A DNA stretch of 10,801 bases from Candidatus Krumholzibacteriia bacterium (lineage in GTDB: Bacteria > Krumholzibacteriota > Krumholzibacteriia > LZORAL124-64-63), in assembly GCA_036351155.1 (NCBI GenBank), contig JAZBOO010000150.1:1-10801 (forward strand), read 5' to 3'. Numbering within the stretch: position 1 is the first letter of the stretch; every line of letters starts with the position of its first letter. Below are positions 6,506-10,801 of this stretch, piece by piece. A program made the translations under genes and the position numbers. The notes under the pieces are model-generated. The model did no database searches, was not told the DNA's origin, and was given only the letters and a program-made list of their open reading frames with translations.

Positions 6506-8752
6506 ATGACCGACAAGAAAAAATGGTCCGTGGTGATGGTTTGTCCGGGCGAGGAAGAACTCGCTCTGCTGGCCGAGCTTTCTGCACGGCCCGACACCTG
6601 CGTGGTCGGTCTGGTGGATCCCGAGGGGTTCAGCCTGGGGGCCGGTCTGGCCGAAATTCTGGGCCTCAAGGTTTACCGTGACCTGGCCAGCTTGCCTGCC
6701 GGGCAGGCGCGTCATCTCATCCATCCCCGCGTGAATGAGCAGATCGCCCCCATCGTGGACGCCGCGCCCGAGCACGGGCTGGAGGCCATGACCGCGAAAC
6801 GTTTCTCCGGCCTCATGTTGCAGGAAGTGCTGGCCCGCCCCGCCGGTCCCCGTGTGGAACGACCGAAGGTCAATCAGGATTTCCTGGAAATGGAAACCTC
6901 GGCCATCCACCGCACCTTGAGCCGCCTGGAAGAGGCCCTGGATCGAGAATCTCTGCTGCGCTGGCTGCTGGGACTGGCCACCCGCGCCACGCGAGCGGGC
7001 AGCGGTTCGATCATGCTGTACGATGAGCCCGCCGGAGAACTCTACCTGGCCTTCGCCTATGGCCTGAGCGAAACCACCATGCACCGCACGCGCGTGCGCC
7101 TGGGTGAGGGGATTGCCGGCGAGGTGGCGGCCACCGGCAAAACCCGGCAAATCAACCAGAATCCCAATACGGCCCGCCGCCGGGACCGAAGCCAGATCAA
7201 GTCGGCCATCAGCGCACCCATCCACTGGGACAGCAAGCTGATCGGGGTGTTGAACATTTCCAGCACCGAGGGTGAAGATGACCTGGTGCCCAATGCCCTG
7301 GATATCATCGAAAGCCTGACTCACCGCTTCGGCATGATCCTGGACCGCTTTCTGCGCATGCAGACGGTGCGAGACGGCGAACAGTTCCGCAAGATGGAAG
7401 AGGAATTCACGCGGGACACGGGGCAGCCCGAGCTGATGGCCTCGACCCTGGTCTACTGGGCCGAGGATCTGGCCAGCCTGGCCCAGGCCGATGAAGCCAT
7501 TCTGGGGCTGGTGACGGCCGATGGTGACCTGCTGCTCGCCGATTCCGAGGAAATCTGGTACGAATCACCCGCCGATCCAGTGCGCAACGAGGTGCTGACC
7601 ACCGGGGACCCGGTGGTTCTGCGATCCGATCCTGAACTGGCGACCACTCCGGAAAAAGACCGGACCACCTTCATCTTGCCGGTGGGCAAACCGCCCTGCC
7701 GTTCCCTGATCAGCCTGACCTTCTACTCGGCCGCCCGGGCTCATCATTTCCACAGCCTCAGCAACGAGGTGCTGTACCTGGTGAACCGCCACCTGGCCAA
7801 CTTCCTGGAGAAGGCCGCCGCGGCCGACCAGATGGACCGTCTCACCTCCCTGGCCGCCACGCTGTCCGATCTGGCCCTGGGCGGATCGGGCGATCTGCGG
7901 GCCGACCGTGAGCGTCTCCTGGCCTCGGCCTGCAGCTTGACCGGTGGGCGCAAGGCGGGCTACATGACCGATGAGAACAACCTGGAGGGGTGTCACCTTG
8001 GCACCGCCGGGCCGGTCATCCGTTCCGAGGCTCATCGCTTGCTGGAGCAGGCCCGGGATCGCGGCTGGTCGGCGAGTATTCTGAACATCGAGGAAAGTCT
8101 GGACGGTCCCGGTCCCCGAAGGAGCATGCTCGTGGTTCCTCTGGTGGCGGGCGAGCCCTTCCCTGGACTTGTGATCCTGGACAAGAAGCGGTTGCACCCC
8201 ATCGACGGGGAATCGTTCACCGAGTTCGACGCCCTGTTCGCCAGGCGGCTGGCTCCCTTGCTGGGGAGACAGGTGGAGACCAGGGAGCCGGAGCCCCAGC
8301 CCGTGGACGAGCCGCGAGGGATGCAGGCCCTGGAGCCGGGGCATCCTGCGCCGGCTCAACCCGAAATCCCACCGCTGGCCTCCCGGGAATTGGATGCCTT
8401 CATTCGCAGTGAAATGGACCGCTGCGACCGCTACCACACCCGCATGGGACTGGTGGGCTTCCGCTTGACTCCTCCGACCGGTCCTCTGCCCGAGATGGAC
8501 AAGGTGACCCATAACCTGGCTCAGAAGCTGCGGACCTCCGACCGGGCCGGGCTGATGGAGGATGGGACCATTCTGGTTGTGGTGCCCGAGGACATTCAAT
8601 CGCTACCACGCCTGCAGAAACGAGTGACCACCCTGTTGCAGGATATCACCGGACAAGCGGATCTCCTGGTCACCACCGCCGCCCGGGTCTACCCCGGGGG
8701 GGCGGGCACGGCGGCCGAACTGATCCAGTCGGTGATCAAGGGAATGAGCTGA
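6506..8752 (+). CDS. Multi-GAF sensor protein with N-terminal Rossmann-like domain and C-terminal degenerate GGDEF-like domain (putative c-di-GMP receptor)
   Basis: The likely start is ATG 6506 after a purine-rich SD-like stretch (AGGGAGAG), giving 748 aa. There is a clear GAF domain at ~6938-7345 (GSIMLYDE...GEGIAGEVAATGK...SAISAPIHWDSKLIGVLNI), two divergent GAF-like segments and a Pro-rich linker. These are followed by a GGDEF-fold-like C-terminus (EMDRCDRY...LRTSDRAGLMEDGTILVVVPE...YPGGAGTAAELI). No TM segment is evident. Confidence 0.72.
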   Translation: MTDKKKWSVVMVCPGEEELALLAELSARPDTCVVGLVDPEGFSLGAGLAEILGLKVYRDLASLPAGQARHLIHPRVNEQIAPIVDAAPEHGLEAMTAKRFSGLMLQEVLARPAGPRVERPKVNQDFLEMETSAIHRTLSRLEEALDRESLLRWLLGLATRATRAGSGSIMLYDEPAGELYLAFAYGLSETTMHRTRVRLGEGIAGEVAATGKTRQINQNPNTARRRDRSQIKSAISAPIHWDSKLIGVLNISSTEGEDDLVPNALDIIESLTHRFGMILDRFLRMQTVRDGEQFRKMEEEFTRDTGQPELMASTLVYWAEDLASLAQADEAILGLVTADGDLLLADSEEIWYESPADPVRNEVLTTGDPVVLRSDPELATTPEKDRTTFILPVGKPPCRSLISLTFYSAARAHHFHSLSNEVLYLVNRHLANFLEKAAAADQMDRLTSLAATLSDLALGGSGDLRADRERLLASACSLTGGRKAGYMTDENNLEGCHLGTAGPVIRSEAHRLLEQARDRGWSASILNIEESLDGPGPRRSMLVVPLVAGEPFPGLVILDKKRLHPIDGESFTEFDALFARRLAPLLGRQVETREPEPQPVDEPRGMQALEPGHPAPAQPEIPPLASRELDAFIRSEMDRCDRYHTRMGLVGFRLTPPTGPLPEMDKVTHNLAQKLRTSDRAGLMEDGTILVVVPEDIQSLPRLQKRVTTLLQDITGQADLLVTTAARVYPGGAGTAAELIQSVIKGMS

Positions 8753-8756
8753 CCTC

Positions 8757-8778
8757 GGGGTTTATCCCCACTTTTTTT
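8757..8778 (+). terminator. Possible weak intrinsic terminator
   Basis: A short GGGG-TTTAT-CCCC hairpin begins 4 nt after the stop codon and is followed by AC and a T7 tract (8772-8778). The stem is only 4 bp. Confidence 0.35.
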
Positions 8779-8809
8779 CCCGCCCTGGTCACTTCCCGGT
8801 GACCCGTTG

Positions 8810-8838
8810 TTGACGCCCTCCACCCCGCTGATTACCCT
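8810..8838 (+). promoter_or_regulatory. Putative sigma-70-type promoter for mutL
   Basis: TTGACG (8810-8815)-17 bp-TACCCT (8833-8838). The -35 matches 5/6, the spacer is optimal, and the -10 keeps the key TA...T positions. Confidence 0.5.
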
Positions 8839-8915
8839 GACCGATACCTTATTCTCGCCAACTCGGCATCACCCCTCGGGGACGGACCCCGCGCATCGGC
8901 AAGGAAGACCGTGAC

Positions 8916-10766
8916 ATGAAGGGCAGCATGGCGCACAAGATTCGAGTTCTGGACAACGCCACCATCGATCGCATCGCCGCCGGTGAAGTGATCGAACGGC
9001 CGGCCTCGATCATCAAGGAACTGGTGGAAAACGCTCTGGACGCCGGGGCCAACAAGATTGCCATCAACCTGGAAGAGGGGGGGTTGACCTCGCTTTCGGT
9101 CGAGGACGATGGCTCGGGTATTCCCTTCGACCAGTTGCCCCTGGCCTTCGAGCGGCATGCCACCAGCAAGATCGCCACGGCGGCCGACATCATGCAGGTG
9201 GGCAGCTTTGGCTTCCGGGGTGAGGCGCTGGCCAGTATTGCCTCGGTCAGCCGGGTGAAGTGCGTGAGCCGCACGGCCGAAGAATCCACCGGTGGCCTGA
9301 TCGCCATCGAAGGCAGCGAGATGGTGCGCCGTGAGCCTGCTCCGCGCAATCAGGGCACCACCATCACCGTCAGCGACCTGTTCTACAACACGCCGGCCCG
9401 GCGCAAGTTCATGAAGACCGCCCAGGCGGAAAAGCGGGCCATCATGAAGCTGATGACCCAGCTGGCCCTGGCCCACCGGGAAATTCGCTGGCTGGTCAAG
9501 TCGGACGGCGATGTGTCCATGGATCTGCAACCCGCCGCCTCGCTGACCGACCGCGCCCGTGACCTTCTGGGATCCTCGGTCATGGAACACCTGGCCCGCT
9601 TTTCCACCGAAAAGGGCGGCTTCAGCATCGGCGGTCTGGCGTCACGGCCCACCTGGACCCGGGGCAACCGGGAGCAGCAGTTCATCTTCATCAATCGGCG
9701 GCCGGTGGAGAACCGGGCCCTCAGCCAGGCCATCGTGCAGGCCTACCGCGAAGTGGTGCCCGCCGGCAAGTTTCCCGTGGTGATCGCTTTCCTGCAGGTG
9801 CCCGGGGGAGAGGTCGATGTCAACGTGCATCCGGCCAAGACCGAGGTGCGCCTGCTCCTGGAGCGGGAGATTTTCGGTATGCTCAAGAATGCCCTGCAGG
9901 AGGGGTTGAGCCTCAAGAGCTCGGGGGAAATGCGCCCCTGGGCCGGTTCGGGATCCGACGAGATCGGCACCGCCGCGGGCACCTCGGCCAACCTGGCTCA
10001 GGCCCAGGATGATTTTCTGCGCAGCCATTTCCAGCGGGGAGCATCGGCCGGCTACGAGTACAAGGGGGTTCCCGAGGGCCAGGGTGAGCTGTTTGGCGCC
10101 AGCGCCATGCGCGGCCCGGCGGTTGGCGAAGACACGGGACCTCTGGACGATAATCTGAACCATGGGTCCGGAGGCGGGGTCCCCCTGCATTCCGCCCCTT
10201 TCTGGCAGCTGCACCGGACCTATATCGTGACCCAGATTCGTGGGGGACTGGTGCTGATCGATCAGCACAACAGCCACGAGCGCATTCTCTACAACGAGGC
10301 CAAGAAGGCCCTGGCCGATGGCGGCCATGTGGGATCCGTCCCCACGCAGCAGCTGTTGTTTCCGGCTCACCTGGAACTCTCGCCGGGCCAGATTCAGGCC
10401 TGGCAAACTCATTCCGGGCAGCTGGATGCCATGGGCTTCACCATTGAGCCGTTCGGGGGCCAGAGCATTCTGGTGCAGGGGATTCCCGCCAGCTTGAAGA
10501 ACTGGAACGAGGGTCGGTTGTTGCTCGACATCCTGGACGATCTGGCCTGGGACGACAAACCCAGCCAGGAAAACCAGGTGGACCTGCTGGCCAGTTACGC
10601 CTGCCATGCGGCCGTGCGGGCCGGAGAGCCCCTGACCGTACCGGAGATGCAAAACCTGGTGGACCAGCTGTTCGCCACCGACACGCCCCTGAGTTGCCCT
10701 CACGGACGGCCCACCCTCATCCAGTTCAGTCTGGGTGAGCTGGAAAAGCGTTTTGGGCGGAGTTGA
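8916..10766 (+). CDS. mutL: DNA mismatch repair protein MutL (endonuclease-type C-terminal domain)
   Basis: GHKL ATPase motifs IAAGEVIERPASIIKELVENALDAG, RHATSKI, GFRGEALASI, DLFYNTPARRKF and DVNVHPAKTEV. The C-terminal domain has DQHNSHER, ACH, CPHGRP and FGR. AAGGAAG lies 8 nt upstream of ATG 8916; the alternative start is ATG 8928. Confidence 0.97.
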   Translation: MKGSMAHKIRVLDNATIDRIAAGEVIERPASIIKELVENALDAGANKIAINLEEGGLTSLSVEDDGSGIPFDQLPLAFERHATSKIATAADIMQVGSFGFRGEALASIASVSRVKCVSRTAEESTGGLIAIEGSEMVRREPAPRNQGTTITVSDLFYNTPARRKFMKTAQAEKRAIMKLMTQLALAHREIRWLVKSDGDVSMDLQPAASLTDRARDLLGSSVMEHLARFSTEKGGFSIGGLASRPTWTRGNREQQFIFINRRPVENRALSQAIVQAYREVVPAGKFPVVIAFLQVPGGEVDVNVHPAKTEVRLLLEREIFGMLKNALQEGLSLKSSGEMRPWAGSGSDEIGTAAGTSANLAQAQDDFLRSHFQRGASAGYEYKGVPEGQGELFGASAMRGPAVGEDTGPLDDNLNHGSGGGVPLHSAPFWQLHRTYIVTQIRGGLVLIDQHNSHERILYNEAKKALADGGHVGSVPTQQLLFPAHLELSPGQIQAWQTHSGQLDAMGFTIEPFGGQSILVQGIPASLKNWNEGRLLLDILDDLAWDDKPSQENQVDLLASYACHAAVRAGEPLTVPEMQNLVDQLFATDTPLSCPHGRPTLIQFSLGELEKRFGRS

Positions 10767-10801
10767 GGGGATCCCCGGTGGGGGTTCTTGCCCCGTGCTC
10801 G

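Noticed and set aside
8375..8752. Calling the signalling protein an active diguanylate cyclase
   Set aside because: The GG[D/E]EF motif and the upstream metal-binding Asp segment are absent.
8762..8770. TTATCCCCA, one mismatch from a DnaA box (TTATCCACA)
   Set aside because: It is a single imperfect copy with no cluster or AT-rich unwinding region, and is equally explained as part of the short hairpin.
8840..8847. ACCGATAC, resembling a sigma-28 -10 box upstream of mutL
   Set aside because: There is no TAAA/TCAA-like -35 at 15-bp spacing (the sequence there is CACC).
10767..10794. GGGGATCCCC and GGGG-TTCTTG-CCCC dyads after mutL as a terminator
   Set aside because: The stems are short, no U-tract is visible within the window, and the region may be coding for the next gene.

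Overview
GC-rich bacterial chromosomal window with seven co-oriented (+ strand) genes: miaB (5'-truncated by the window edge), lapA-like, lapB-like (TPR + C-terminal rubredoxin-type CxxC/CxxC), a putatively exported TPR-like + SPOR protein, mutS, a ~748-aa cytoplasmic multidomain signalling protein, and mutL. There are no mobile elements, RNA genes or CRISPR arrays. The most unusual element is the gene between mutS and mutL. It has a Rossmann-like N-terminus, one clear and two divergent GAF-like domains, and a C-terminal GGDEF-fold domain whose active-site motif is degenerate (EDGTI) but whose RxxD inhibitory site is intact at the canonical spacing, which suggests a c-di-GMP receptor. It is preceded by a close match to a sigma-28 (FliA/WhiG) promoter. 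mutL appears to have its own sigma-70-type promoter and carries a variant endonuclease motif (DQHNSHERILYNE). All domain calls come from motif recognition by eye; no searches were run.
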